Positions 19,807 to 29,333 are shown, counted from the first letter of the stretch. The stretch is 64,000 nt of DNA from Holosporaceae bacterium (GCA_049607645.1 JBMYWS010000002.1:141756-205755); one strand, 5' to 3'. Numbers and translations: made by a program. The notes: generated by a model from the sequence alone, not told the origin.

Positions 19807-21033
19807 TTAATTTCTCATATCCAGCAAAAAAAGCAACTCAGATTTCGGCAACCGACAGTAGCTTTCAACCCAACAATACAAAGCCTTATCAAGCAAAACA
19901 CCAACCTGTACACCATCACCCAAGCCAGAACGTTTGACATCTGAACCTGTTAAAGGCATTTTTTTTGGCAAGTTTTTAGCTTTTTTTGCCAAACATGTCA
20001 GAAGCGTTGCAGCTTTTGCGGGCGTCATTTGTTTTGCTACCACACATGCTGCTAGTTTTAACCAAAGACGATCTTGTGCAAGCGTAGGACCATCTTGATA
20101 CCACCAAACATAAAACTGCCTTTCAAGATCATCAAAAGGCACGTCTGGTAACGCATCAACACGCTGCCACCATTTTTTCAAGGCTCGCTCTAACAAAAAA
20201 TCTGGACACGCTGGTCCATAAAGCGTTTTAAGACGCACAAACCACGAGGCCTCTTGCATCGTCTTTTGTTCAAGCGCATAAAGGGCCTGAAACATATCCC
20301 CTGATGAGGCAGGTTGTTGCCCAATCAAAGATAAAATATCTTCTTTGACCCAAAGTGTCACAATGGTGTTAAGCTGGGGGCCTTGAAAAATCTTTTTCAC
20401 CTCTGATGCCACACGCTCACGCGAAAGGCGACACAGACCTTCTTTAAGGGCAAGACACGCCTTAAGACTTTCTTGGTGAAAGTCGCCTTTGCCATAACGC
20501 CCAAAAAAGCGAAAAAAGCGCAAAATACGCAAAAAATCCTCGCGCACACGCGAAGAGGCATCGCCAATAAAACGCACACAACCTTTTGCAAGATCGTCTT
20601 GACCGCCAAAATAATCGTAAAGCCGGCCGTTTGCATCAAGATAAAGTGCATTCATGGTCAAGTCGCGCCTTAAGGCATCTTCTTTCCAATCCTTGGTAAA
20701 ACTGACTTTTGCATGGCGTCCGTCCGTTTGTATATCTTGCCGCAACGTTGTGACTTCGTACACAGTGCCTTGAAAATGCACCGTCAGCGTGCCGTGCTTT
20801 AAACCTGTTGGCAGCACCTTGCAACCGGCTTTCGTTAAAAGCTGCATCACTGCGATGGGCGTTGCGGTAGTCGCCACGTCAAAATCATGAATCGGCCGCC
20901 CCAAAAGGCTATCTCTGACCGCTGAACCCACAAAGCGTCCCTCGCCACCTTGTGACCCCAACAGCTTTAAAAAAGCTTGGTGAGACGGCTTTTTCAGCCA
21001 TGCAAACGAGTCATCTGAAGGCGAAAATATCAT
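19807..21033 (-). CDS. cca: CCA tRNA nucleotidyltransferase (poly(A) polymerase head-domain family)
   Basis: RFVGSAVRDSLLGRPIHDFDVAT, GLKHGTLTV, EVTTLRQD..DGRHA, and RRDLTMNALY. Confidence 0.88.
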   Translation of the reverse strand: MIFSPSDDSFAWLKKPSHQAFLKLLGSQGGEGRFVGSAVRDSLLGRPIHDFDVATTATPIAVMQLLTKAGCKVLPTGLKHGTLTVHFQGTVYEVTTLRQDIQTDGRHAKVSFTKDWKEDALRRDLTMNALYLDANGRLYDYFGGQDDLAKGCVRFIGDASSRVREDFLRILRFFRFFGRYGKGDFHQESLKACLALKEGLCRLSRERVASEVKKIFQGPQLNTIVTLWVKEDILSLIGQQPASSGDMFQALYALEQKTMQEASWFVRLKTLYGPACPDFLLERALKKWWQRVDALPDVPFDDLERQFYVWWYQDGPTLAQDRLWLKLAACVVAKQMTPAKAATLLTCLAKKAKNLPKKMPLTGSDVKRSGLGDGVQVGVLLDKALYCWVESYCRLPKSELLFLLDMRN

Positions 21034-22157
21034 GTTTGCGGCACAGCTTGCAATGTTAAAACTTTAAAAAGCGTCCCCATTTGCAAAGGATGCGTTAGGC
21101 GTAACACGCCCGCTTCAAGCACTGCATATTCTTTGGCAGAAAGCTGTGGACGCAACGCCTCAAGGCGCTGCTTTAAGCCACAGGCATAAAGAAAATCACG
21201 CTGTGTTTGCAGCGCAACCTTGTGACCCGCTTTTTCTGCACACAGTGCAAGCTGCTTAAAGTTCACATGAAAAGACAAATCCGCGCATCCTGGATACGCA
21301 AAAGGCGAGACGTGCTGTCCTTTCAACAGCCCCTGCCATGAATCGCCCAAGAAGCCCTCTTGCGTTAAAGCAGGCGCGCTGTACCCATAATCAATCAACA
21401 AAGCACAGCCGCCCTGCTTTTGAAGCAAACAACACACAGAATGCATGGCGGCATCTAAGGCCTGACTTTCCTCATAAACCATGCCCTCGGCATAGCGTGC
21501 TAACAACGCAGGGTCAGCCCGTTGCGGTACACTTTGCGCATCATGTTTCCAAGAAAATTCACCCTGTGGGTCAAGATCCACAACACGTTCGGCCCACGCA
21601 CCTGATTTTTTTTGATATTGCTTGTGGGGCAACACATCAAAAAATTCGTTAGCCAACACAAAAACGGGCCCATCTGCGCATGCAATCTCTTCAACCGAGG
21701 CACAATGCTTCATACTGTTCACAACGGATGCAAAGGGCGCCAGCTTTTTACGCTGCTCTTTCTTTAACAGCGGATGCACATCAACCAAGCGCAAATCGAT
21801 GGCTTTTAAAAAAGCAGGACGCAGCTTCCCAACGCGCAAAAGCCCTTCCATCAACGTGCCAAGACCCGGCCCCAATTCTATTATGGTCAAAGCAGAGGGA
21901 CTTTGGGCCGCCAGCCACTGGTTTAGAAAAAAGGCCCCCACAATGTCACCAAACAAAGGCGACACCTCGGGCGCGGTGGTAAAGTCACCACACTGGCCTA
22001 ACACAGCTTGTGTTTGATAATAGCCATGCAAGGGGTGATAAAGGCAGCTGGCATGAAAAGCATCCACACCTTGGGGCCCTTTAAGACGAATGGTTTCTTT
22101 GAGCACCTCTTTTAAAGGAAGCTCTAACTTTTTTTCAGCCGCCACCATATCAGCCAT
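21030..22157 (-). CDS. class I SAM-dependent methyltransferase, MidA/NDUFAF7 family
   Basis: YYQTQAVLGQCGDFTTAPEVSPLFGD and IIELGPGLGTLM motifs. Start placed at MADMVAAEKK, which leaves a small overlap with the lgt 3' end. Confidence 0.8.
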   Translation of the reverse strand: MADMVAAEKKLELPLKEVLKETIRLKGPQGVDAFHASCLYHPLHGYYQTQAVLGQCGDFTTAPEVSPLFGDIVGAFFLNQWLAAQSPSALTIIELGPGLGTLMEGLLRVGKLRPAFLKAIDLRLVDVHPLLKKEQRKKLAPFASVVNSMKHCASVEEIACADGPVFVLANEFFDVLPHKQYQKKSGAWAERVVDLDPQGEFSWKHDAQSVPQRADPALLARYAEGMVYEESQALDAAMHSVCCLLQKQGGCALLIDYGYSAPALTQEGFLGDSWQGLLKGQHVSPFAYPGCADLSFHVNFKQLALCAEKAGHKVALQTQRDFLYACGLKQRLEALRPQLSAKEYAVLEAGVLRLTHPLQMGTLFKVLTLQAVPQT

Positions 22158-22903
22158 GCTCCCACAATGATCATCGGCAAAGACAACACCTGCCCGATGG
22201 TAAGGGTTATCACACCAAGCGACACCAGCGCATCGGGCACGCGATAAAGCTCGACCCAAAAGCGCATGGCACCATACCCTAAAAGAAACACACCCGTTAA
22301 CGCCCAAGGACGCTGACTTAAAGCAGGCGTTAAAAAGCGCAGCATCGCAAACAGCACGACGCCCTCAAGCGTGGCTTCATACAGTTGGGAAGGATGCCGC
22401 AAAAATCCGTCAACAGCCGGGTACACAATGCCCCAAGGCATTTCGGTCAGGCGCCCATAGGCTTCTTGATTGATAAAATTACCAAGACGCCCAAAAAAAA
22501 GACCAATGGGCACGCCCAACAGATAAATATCGGCTAAAGAGCCCAAGGGCAAATGATGCCGCCACGCATACAACACAAACGCAAAGGCCACACCCAAAAC
22601 GCCACCATGAAAAGCCATGCCCCCTTCCCACACCTTTAAAATCGACAACGGATGGGCATAAAAATACAGGGGGTCATAAAAGCACACATAGCCTAAACGG
22701 CCACCAATGAGAACGCCTGCCACCAAATAGGGCAAAAAATCATCTATGTGCTTTTGCGAGATTTGTGGAAAAAAAACCGTTTGCGCGCGCACATAAAACC
22801 AGCCCAGCCAAATGCCGCACAGATACATCAAGCCATACCAGCGGATGGGCCAACCAAAAACAGTTACAGCCACAGGGTCAATAAAAGGAAAAGACCACAT
22901 CAC
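22124..22903 (-). CDS. lgt: prolipoprotein diacylglyceryl transferase
   Basis: IRWYGLMYLCG, GGRLGY, FHGGVLG, GRLGNFINQEAYG, and HPSQLYEA. Confidence 0.92.
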   Translation of the reverse strand: MMWSFPFIDPVAVTVFGWPIRWYGLMYLCGIWLGWFYVRAQTVFFPQISQKHIDDFLPYLVAGVLIGGRLGYVCFYDPLYFYAHPLSILKVWEGGMAFHGGVLGVAFAFVLYAWRHHLPLGSLADIYLLGVPIGLFFGRLGNFINQEAYGRLTEMPWGIVYPAVDGFLRHPSQLYEATLEGVVLFAMLRFLTPALSQRPWALTGVFLLGYGAMRFWVELYRVPDALVSLGVITLTIGQVLSLPMIIVGAWLIWWRLKKS

Positions 22904-23089
22904 GCAAGGTACCTATCAAATCTTTTTCTGCACGCTCAAGGTAGCGAATTCTTGCACGTGACGCAAACAAAAGACGCAACAAAAACCTGCTTTTCAAGCC
23001 ACGCCACAGGCAAGCAAAAAAACGTGACGACCTCTTTTATGGGGGGCGTAAGGGTTCTCTTTGGTTTTTTTCAGATTGATAAAATAAAT

Positions 23090-23129
23090 CATTGTTTTTA
23101 TTGACAATTTAAACATTTTCTATTAAAAA
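23090..23129 (+). promoter_or_regulatory. upstream block CATTGTTTTTATTGACAA (sigma70 -35-like TTGACA at 23101-23106), shared with the paralog at 29253-29270
   Basis: The motif is nearly identical to CATTATTTTTATTGACAA upstream of the second Rpn-like gene. The -10 element is not clean (TATTAA or TAAAAA candidates). Confidence 0.35.
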
Positions 23130-23161
23130 GTCATTGATTTCTATCAATAAAGGTTTTTACG

Positions 23162-24349
23162 ATGCACTACCTCGTCTTAGCCCTTTGCCTTTTTTGCGGG
23201 CAAACACTTTTGTGGGCGCCCACAAAACCCACGCCTGCTGAACCAGCTTTAACCACAGAACAAACTGCCGCAACACCTTTGACTGCCGCCGCTGATCCAA
23301 CTGCTAAGCCTGCAGACAAAGCGTCCCACAAGCCACCCAAGCCCATTGAGCAACCTGTTGCAGCAGAGTCAGATGATGAAATTGCTTCATCTTCATCCTC
23401 TGAAACACCTGAAGAACATCGCCAGCGGCTTTTGCAAAAAATTACACGCTTTGCAAAGCCTACCAACGACGTCGCCTTTAAACATCTGATGCGGCAAGAG
23501 CAGGGCATTCCCCCACATGCTGTTTCTTTTTTGAAGGCCATGACAGGGTTGGATATTAAACGCATTGAAACGATCTCTGAGGCCGTACCACAGCTAAATG
23601 AGCGGTTGCTTATTTCGGGAGAATGTCGTTATCAATCGTTTATGGACTTTGCGTGCCGCACTAAAAACAATGGTTTGGTGATTGTTGAGGTCCAAGTACG
23701 ACGCGAAGATTACTTTGACTCACGGGCGCTTTGTTATGCGGCAGGCACATTTGCAAGTCAGCTTAAAAAACACGATAAGTGGTCTGATCTTAAACAAGTG
23801 GTTGCGTTGCAGATTTTAGGTCACAAAACCAAAAAACCTTTCCCCAAAGGAGAGTTTGAAGTCCGTTATGAAATGCGACCCAATTTACCCAATTTCGAGC
23901 CTATCAATCCCGGCATTTCAATGATTCAAATTGAGCTACCACGTGTTAAGCTACGTGACTGGCCTGCAGACCGCCAGCCCCTGAAGCGCGCTTGGCTTGA
24001 GTTTTTTAAAATAGCTCACAAACAAAGGGCCATTCCTCAGGGCGTGCCTTCTATCATTGAATCCGCTTATCAACGCCTTGAAACAAACACCTGGGGATTG
24101 CCCAGTTTACGCGAATATGGGGAGACCGACGCATTGGATTTGACAAAATACACGACGGTCCTATCAGAAAGTTTTCAGGATGGTTTTCAGGGCGGAAAGC
24201 TTCAGACATTGTTTGACCTCCTAAAAAATCAATCCATTACACTTGAAATGTTAACAGATACCACCACAGAAGAAGAGCGTTCTATGCTAGAGCGGCTGCT
24301 AAAAGGAGAGACCCTCGAAGCCGTTTTAAAGGCAGATCCCCCAGCCTAA
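23162..24349 (+). CDS. Rpn-family PD-(D/E)XK recombination-promoting nuclease / putative transposase homolog with N-terminal hydrophobic segment and Pro/Ala/Ser-rich linker
   Basis: Core motifs NDVAFKHLM, FMDFACRTKNNGLVIVEVQV and YFDSRALCYAAG. The first ~100 aa are not part of a normal Rpn protein (MHYLVLALCLFCGQTLLWAP, then a P/A/T/S-rich stretch). Confidence 0.8.
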   Translation: MHYLVLALCLFCGQTLLWAPTKPTPAEPALTTEQTAATPLTAAADPTAKPADKASHKPPKPIEQPVAAESDDEIASSSSSETPEEHRQRLLQKITRFAKPTNDVAFKHLMRQEQGIPPHAVSFLKAMTGLDIKRIETISEAVPQLNERLLISGECRYQSFMDFACRTKNNGLVIVEVQVRREDYFDSRALCYAAGTFASQLKKHDKWSDLKQVVALQILGHKTKKPFPKGEFEVRYEMRPNLPNFEPINPGISMIQIELPRVKLRDWPADRQPLKRAWLEFFKIAHKQRAIPQGVPSIIESAYQRLETNTWGLPSLREYGETDALDLTKYTTVLSESFQDGFQGGKLQTLFDLLKNQSITLEMLTDTTTEEERSMLERLLKGETLEAVLKADPPA

Positions 24350-24393
24350 AAGAGGACGGTGTGCAGAACCAACGCTGCAATCTACCTTGTTTT

Positions 24394-25506
24394 TTACGAG
24401 CGTACTGGCATCAAAACGTAAAGCACCTGGTCATCGCCAGGGTCTTTAAGGATTACAGGCGTTGTGGCGTCTTTAAAGTGTAAAAAGAAGGTCTCGGCTT
24501 TAACCTGTTGCACCGCATCCAAAATATAGCGGGCATTAAAGCTGATTTCAAAGGGCTCGCCTGTATAGTTAATGGCCATGCTTTCGGTGCCCGATCCGTT
24601 ATCCATACCACGCGCCGAAAAAACAATGCTGTCTTTTTGCACCGCAAGCTTGATGGGCTTTGTTTTCTCGGACCCGGCCACAACAGACACGCGATCAACC
24701 ACCTCGTGGAAAACCTTGCGATCCACCTCAAGAACATGCTTATTATCCTGTGGAATCGCCTGGGTGTACTGCGGAAAAGTGCCGTTGATAAACCGCGCGT
24801 AAAACACAACGTCACCCATGGCAAAAGCCACCTGCGTTGGCGAAAAAGAAGTTTGAATGTCTGTTTCTTCTTCATCAATCAGGCGCCGCATCTCGGCCAC
24901 CGTTTTGCGAGACAAAATCATACCTTTTAAGCCTTCGGCCTTGGGCGGCAGCGGCACCCAGCTAAGCGCCAAACGGTGTGCGTCGGTGGCAACGGCTTTT
25001 AAGTCTTGTCCGCTGGCATGCAAATAAATGCCATTCAAATAAAAGCGGGCATCTTCTTGCGACATGGCGAACCGCGTTTGGTCAATTAAACGTTTTAATT
25101 CGCCGCCTGTTAACAAAAAGCTGTGAGTGGGATGGTGTTCGGCTACCTCGGGAAAGCTTTTTTCATCCAGCGTTGGCAGATTAAAGCGCGCCACGCCACA
25201 GGCAAAAGCCACCTGCTTTTTGTCGGCATCAAAGGTTAAAGAAATCTGTTGGCCTGCAGGACACTTGCGCACCAAATCATACAAAATTTGCGCCGATACT
25301 GTGACCGCGCCCGGCTTTACAACCGTGCAAGCAAGCGACTCGCAAAGGGTCAGCTCAAGATCGGTTCCGGTAATTTGCAGGCTTTGCTCGCCACGGGTCT
25401 TTAACAAAAGATGGCACAAAATAGGTACGGTGGTTTTGCGCTCAACAATGCCTTGCTGCCGTTGCAGCGCTTTTAAGAAAGAAGCCTTTTCTAAACGTAC
25501 TTCCAT
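24394..25506 (-). CDS. dnaN: DNA polymerase III subunit beta
   Basis: Typical 370-aa sliding clamp with three-domain pattern. Lies immediately downstream of dnaA. Confidence 0.95.
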   Translation of the reverse strand: MEVRLEKASFLKALQRQQGIVERKTTVPILCHLLLKTRGEQSLQITGTDLELTLCESLACTVVKPGAVTVSAQILYDLVRKCPAGQQISLTFDADKKQVAFACGVARFNLPTLDEKSFPEVAEHHPTHSFLLTGGELKRLIDQTRFAMSQEDARFYLNGIYLHASGQDLKAVATDAHRLALSWVPLPPKAEGLKGMILSRKTVAEMRRLIDEEETDIQTSFSPTQVAFAMGDVVFYARFINGTFPQYTQAIPQDNKHVLEVDRKVFHEVVDRVSVVAGSEKTKPIKLAVQKDSIVFSARGMDNGSGTESMAINYTGEPFEISFNARYILDAVQQVKAETFFLHFKDATTPVILKDPGDDQVLYVLMPVRS

Positions 25507-25534
25507 GCACCAGCCTTTTTAAGAAAAACGACTT

Positions 25535-26857
25535 CTAAGACTGAAGCATTCGGCGCAAAAGATCAATATCTTCCTGGATTTTTGTATTTTTAGACAACTC
25601 TTCTGTAATCTTACGCACGCCATAAAGCACCGTTGTGTGATCACGCCCACCAAAAGAGCGGCCAATTTCTGGCAAAGATTTCGTCGTCAACTCTTTAGCC
25701 AAGAACATGGCAATCTGCCTTGGCAAGGCCACGGCCTTTGACCTTTTGGGCGAGTGCAAATCGGCCAGCCGAATACTGTAATAATTTGACACAAATCGCT
25801 GGATATCATCCACCGTCACTGTTTTATTGCAGGCACGCAGCAGGTCTTGCAACAGCTCTTTGGCCATTTCAATACTCATCTTGCGTCCCACAAGGTTTGC
25901 ATGCGCCGTCACACGGGTCAGAGCACCCTCAAGCTCGCGCACATTTGATGTGACCTGCTGGGCCAAAAACTCAAGCACCTCTGACGGCACGTTGCCCATT
26001 TCCTCGGCCTTGGCTTCCAAAATGCCCAAACGCAACTCATAGGTTGTGGGGTGAATATCGGCCACCAGCCCCCACGCAAGCCTTGATCTAACACGCTCTT
26101 CAATGCCTTCAAGATCCGAGGGAGATTTGTCCGCCGACAGCACAACCTGGTGTTTTTGATCAATGAGCGCATTGAAAGTATGGAAGAACTCTTCCTGCGT
26201 AGACTCTTTGCCCGAAATAAATTGGATATCGTCGATCATCAACACATCGACCGAGCGAAAACGATCTTTAAACGAAACCGTATCCTTTGAGCGCAAGGCT
26301 TTAATAAAGTGATACATAAATTTTTCAGCTGACAAATACATCACTGAACGATGCGGGTTTGTTTCTTGAATACGGCGTGCAATCGCATGCATCAGGTGCG
26401 TTTTACCCAACCCCACACCGCCATGCAAAAAAAGAGGGTTAAAGGTGACCTCTTTCGAGTCCGCAACACGCACTGCCGCCGCATAAGCAAACTCGTTAGG
26501 CTTGCCCACCACAAAATTTTCAAATGTTAGGCGCTGATCAAGCTGCGAGCCCAAACGGGCCGCTTGAGACGGTAATGCCGCACCCACGACAGCGTCTTTG
26601 TCAGACGCAACAGAGCCACCATCCGCTTGCAAAGCAACGGCAAACTCAAGCGATGCCAATTGCGGCAAATGGGTTTTAAAGGTTTTTAAAATCGCTTCTT
26701 GAAAATGGGTGGCAACCCAATCTTTAATAAATGCCGTCGGCGCTTCTAAAACAGCAGATGTCTCATCAAATGTCTGCAGTTTTAGGGGTTGAATCCAGTT
26801 TCGATAAGTTTCCTCACCCAAACTTTGGCGCAGAGAAAAACTTACTTTTTCCCACAT
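25535..26857 (-). CDS. dnaA: chromosomal replication initiator protein DnaA
   Basis: Walker A GGVGLGKTHLMHAI, DDIQF, sensor and box VII blocks, and a C-terminal DNA-binding region GGRDHTTVLYG. Confidence 0.96.
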   Translation of the reverse strand: MWEKVSFSLRQSLGEETYRNWIQPLKLQTFDETSAVLEAPTAFIKDWVATHFQEAILKTFKTHLPQLASLEFAVALQADGGSVASDKDAVVGAALPSQAARLGSQLDQRLTFENFVVGKPNEFAYAAAVRVADSKEVTFNPLFLHGGVGLGKTHLMHAIARRIQETNPHRSVMYLSAEKFMYHFIKALRSKDTVSFKDRFRSVDVLMIDDIQFISGKESTQEEFFHTFNALIDQKHQVVLSADKSPSDLEGIEERVRSRLAWGLVADIHPTTYELRLGILEAKAEEMGNVPSEVLEFLAQQVTSNVRELEGALTRVTAHANLVGRKMSIEMAKELLQDLLRACNKTVTVDDIQRFVSNYYSIRLADLHSPKRSKAVALPRQIAMFLAKELTTKSLPEIGRSFGGRDHTTVLYGVRKITEELSKNTKIQEDIDLLRRMLQS

Positions 26858-26894
26858 GGAACGCTCTTAAAAAAACGAAAGGGTTTGCACAAGG

Positions 26895-27206
26895 CTAAAC
26901 TGTCTTGATAGAACGCGCAAGTCTTGCCACGCGACGGGCAGCTGTCTTTTTGTGCAACAGGCCCTTGGATGCATTGCGCATCAGATTAGCCTGCGCAAGG
27001 CGAAAAGCCTTTTCAATGCTTTCTCTTGAGGCCGGCGGCGGCGCATTTTTAGCCGAGGCCTTCTTTTGCGCACGCGCCGTCACCGAATCAACCATCACAA
27101 AAACTTTTTTTATCAACGTGCGCATCAAGCTGCGACGCCCTTTATTTACAAGTGTTTTGCGGTGGTTCGAGCGAACTGCTTTCAGTGCGGAACGATGATT
27201 GGCCAT
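26895..27206 (-). CDS. rpsT: 30S ribosomal protein S20
   Basis: MANHRSALKAVRSNHRKTLVNKGRRS. Start moved to this ATG within the longer ORF. Confidence 0.9.
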   Translation of the reverse strand: MANHRSALKAVRSNHRKTLVNKGRRSLMRTLIKKVFVMVDSVTARAQKKASAKNAPPPASRESIEKAFRLAQANLMRNASKGLLHKKTAARRVARLARSIKTV

Positions 27207-27416
27207 GCTATCTATGCTTACCTTTAAAAGAATTATCGGACAATTGTAAAACACGGGCTACCCCTTGTCAACGTGCCTTAGCTCTTTCAAGCCATTGCAA
27301 AGAGGGCGCAAAAACAAAAACAAAACTTATAAATCAGTGTTTTGCGGTTCATTCGAACGTCTTGTCAATAGATGCCCCATTAGAATAAAAAGAAACCGCC
27401 TCAAGAGCATGCTGTT

Positions 27417-29099
27417 GTGGAAGCATTTTTAGAACCTCTTTTCAAAGCACCGCCGCACGTGCTGGACGCATTCTATGCTGCTCTTGCCCAAAACCCACGC
27501 CTTTTAAAAGAGGCCTATGCACAGCTGTGGCCAGAACTTTACAACATTTACCAAAACACGCTCAAAGCCACTTTTCGCCAGGATATGCCCCTTGCGATTC
27601 CACCGCACAAGTCTGACAAACGCTTTAACGACGAAAAATGGCGCGACATTCCCTATTTTAGAGCCTGCCAGCAAACTTATCTTTTAATGTCTAGATGGCT
27701 TTTAAAGCTTGCAGAAAAAGCGCCCGTTAAAAGTGACCTGCATCCTGAGCTGATTTTTTATCTAAAGCAATGGATCAACACCTGTTCGCCCGCCAACTTT
27801 CCGTTTACAAATCCAGAAATTGTTTTAAAGCTGGTGCAAGAAGGTGACGCAACGCTAGCCGGTGGACTTGAGCGCCTGCAAGAAGATTGGGTGCGTTTGG
27901 GCCCCAAAGGGTTCTTTCTGGGCCTCACCAAACCCAAGGGCTTTGAGGTAGGAAAAACCCTTGCTATCACGCCAGGTGATGTGGTTTACCGCAACCATCT
28001 TTTTGAACTGATTCGCTATGCTCCCTTGCAAAAAGACGTTTATCGTGAGCCCCTTTTAATCGTTCCGCCCTGGATTAATAAGTTTTATATTTTTGATCTG
28101 AGTCCCCAAAAATCTTTTATCAAGTGGGCCCTTGACCAAGGACACGACGTCTTTATTATTTCATGGATCAATCCAGATAAAAATCTAAAGAACACCTCTT
28201 TTGGTGACTATCTTGATGAGGGATTGCTTGAGGCCATTCAGCAAGCACGCACCCTGGCCAAAGCGAACGAGGTTCATGCAATGGGTTATTGTTTGGGCGG
28301 CAACCTTTTGCTTTGCGGCCTGTCAGCATTAGAGCAGGAAAATAAAAAGTGGATCAAAAGCGCCACGCTTTTAACCACCATTGCTGATTTTACCAAAATG
28401 GAAGATCTGGGGCTCTTTTTAAACAAACGGCATCTTGAAAAGGTGAAAGAAAGCGTTCAAACCAAAGGATACATGGATGGCTATACGCTTGCCCTGACAT
28501 TTAGCCTTTTAAGAGCTAATGACCTGATCTGGTCAGCACTGGTGAATAAATATTTTCTTGGCAAAGAGCCCATTGCCCTTGATTTTCTTTACTGGAATGC
28601 CGACCCCGTTTCTCTGCCTTCTGCCATGTACATCGAGTTTCTAGAAAAAATTGTGCATCAAAATGGTCTTTTGTCCTCCAAAGGCATCATGCTGAATAAC
28701 AAAAAGATCACCACTCAAAACATTACCACACCCTGCTTTGTAATGGCTGCACAAAATGACCATATTGCGCCTTGGAAATCTTGTTTTCCCCTTTTTTCAC
28801 TTTTAAAAGGATCCAAAACATTTATCCTTTCAACGGCAGGACATATCGCAGGCGTGATCAATCCACCTTCAAAAAACAAATACAGCTATTTTCATCTAGA
28901 GCACATGCCCGAACACGTTGATGCCGTCTCGTGGGCCCAGCGCTCGGTCGAACAAAAAGGCTCGTGGTGGCCCTTTTGGCAAAAGTGGGTTCAGCAGTGG
29001 TGCGGGGACAAACAAACATTTCACCCACACCCAGCCAGCAACAAACTTGAAAACGCACCAGGCACTTACGTTTTCAAGCGGCCTGATCATAAAATCTAA
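27417..29099 (+). CDS. phaC: class I poly(R)-hydroxyalkanoate synthase
   Basis: PhaC N-terminal domain, lipase-box variant GYCLGG, and the W.NDxxxxPG-like block YWNADPVSLPS. 560 aa. GTG start. Confidence 0.9.
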   Translation: MEAFLEPLFKAPPHVLDAFYAALAQNPRLLKEAYAQLWPELYNIYQNTLKATFRQDMPLAIPPHKSDKRFNDEKWRDIPYFRACQQTYLLMSRWLLKLAEKAPVKSDLHPELIFYLKQWINTCSPANFPFTNPEIVLKLVQEGDATLAGGLERLQEDWVRLGPKGFFLGLTKPKGFEVGKTLAITPGDVVYRNHLFELIRYAPLQKDVYREPLLIVPPWINKFYIFDLSPQKSFIKWALDQGHDVFIISWINPDKNLKNTSFGDYLDEGLLEAIQQARTLAKANEVHAMGYCLGGNLLLCGLSALEQENKKWIKSATLLTTIADFTKMEDLGLFLNKRHLEKVKESVQTKGYMDGYTLALTFSLLRANDLIWSALVNKYFLGKEPIALDFLYWNADPVSLPSAMYIEFLEKIVHQNGLLSSKGIMLNNKKITTQNITTPCFVMAAQNDHIAPWKSCFPLFSLLKGSKTFILSTAGHIAGVINPPSKNKYSYFHLEHMPEHVDAVSWAQRSVEQKGSWWPFWQKWVQQWCGDKQTFHPHPASNKLENAPGTYVFKRPDHKI

Positions 29100-29100
29100 A

Positions 29101-29245
29101 CGACGCACTCGGCGGCCAAAGCACACTGGGTTGCCGCGTCGGAAACTAGGTTTCCTCCTCGCAATGACAAGAAAGAACGTCATCGCGAAGGCGTAGCCTG
29201 CGGTACTCCACATGCAAGGTGCCAACGCAGGTAGGTTGTTTGCCA
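29101..29245. repeat. GC-rich multi-hairpin palindromic element (possibly a short interspersed palindromic repeat or structured RNA)
   Basis: Stems CGACGC/GCGTCG (29101-29106 / 29136-29141), GAAAC-TAG-GTTTC, CCTCGCAATGAC...GTCATCGCGAAGG (29157-29191), and CCTGCG/CGCAGG. Clearly more GC-rich than the flanking A/T-rich DNA. Confidence 0.45.
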
Positions 29246-29252
29246 TCTATAT

Positions 29253-29292
29253 CATTATTTTTATTGACAAATTTTATCTTTTGACTTAATAA
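29253..29292 (+). promoter_or_regulatory. upstream block CATTATTTTTATTGACAA (TTGACA at 29264-29269, 17-nt spacer, TAATAA at 29287-29292)
   Basis: Same block as upstream of the paralog at 23162. Spacing to the ATG is comparable (about 60-70 nt). Confidence 0.35.
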
Positions 29293-29333
29293 ACAGTTGA
29301 TTTATTCGATAAATTAGTTGAAAGGTCAACGGG

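Noticed and set aside
26858-27416. Possible oriC next to dnaA (the dnaA-rpsT spacer and the rpsT-phaC spacer)
   Set aside because: Reading both spacers by eye, I found no TTATCCACA / TGTGGATAA-type DnaA boxes or clusters of close variants, and no obvious AT-rich 13-mer array. In alphaproteobacteria oriC is often not adjacent to dnaA. A GC-skew and DnaA-box scan of the full genome would be needed.
28896-29246. 116-aa (minus) and 92-aa (plus, 28918-29196) ORFs spanning the phaC 3' end and the downstream region
   Set aside because: They overlap the well-supported phaC frame. Beyond it they are read through a palindromic GC-rich element, which produces the typical artefactual LAMT / VIAR peptides.
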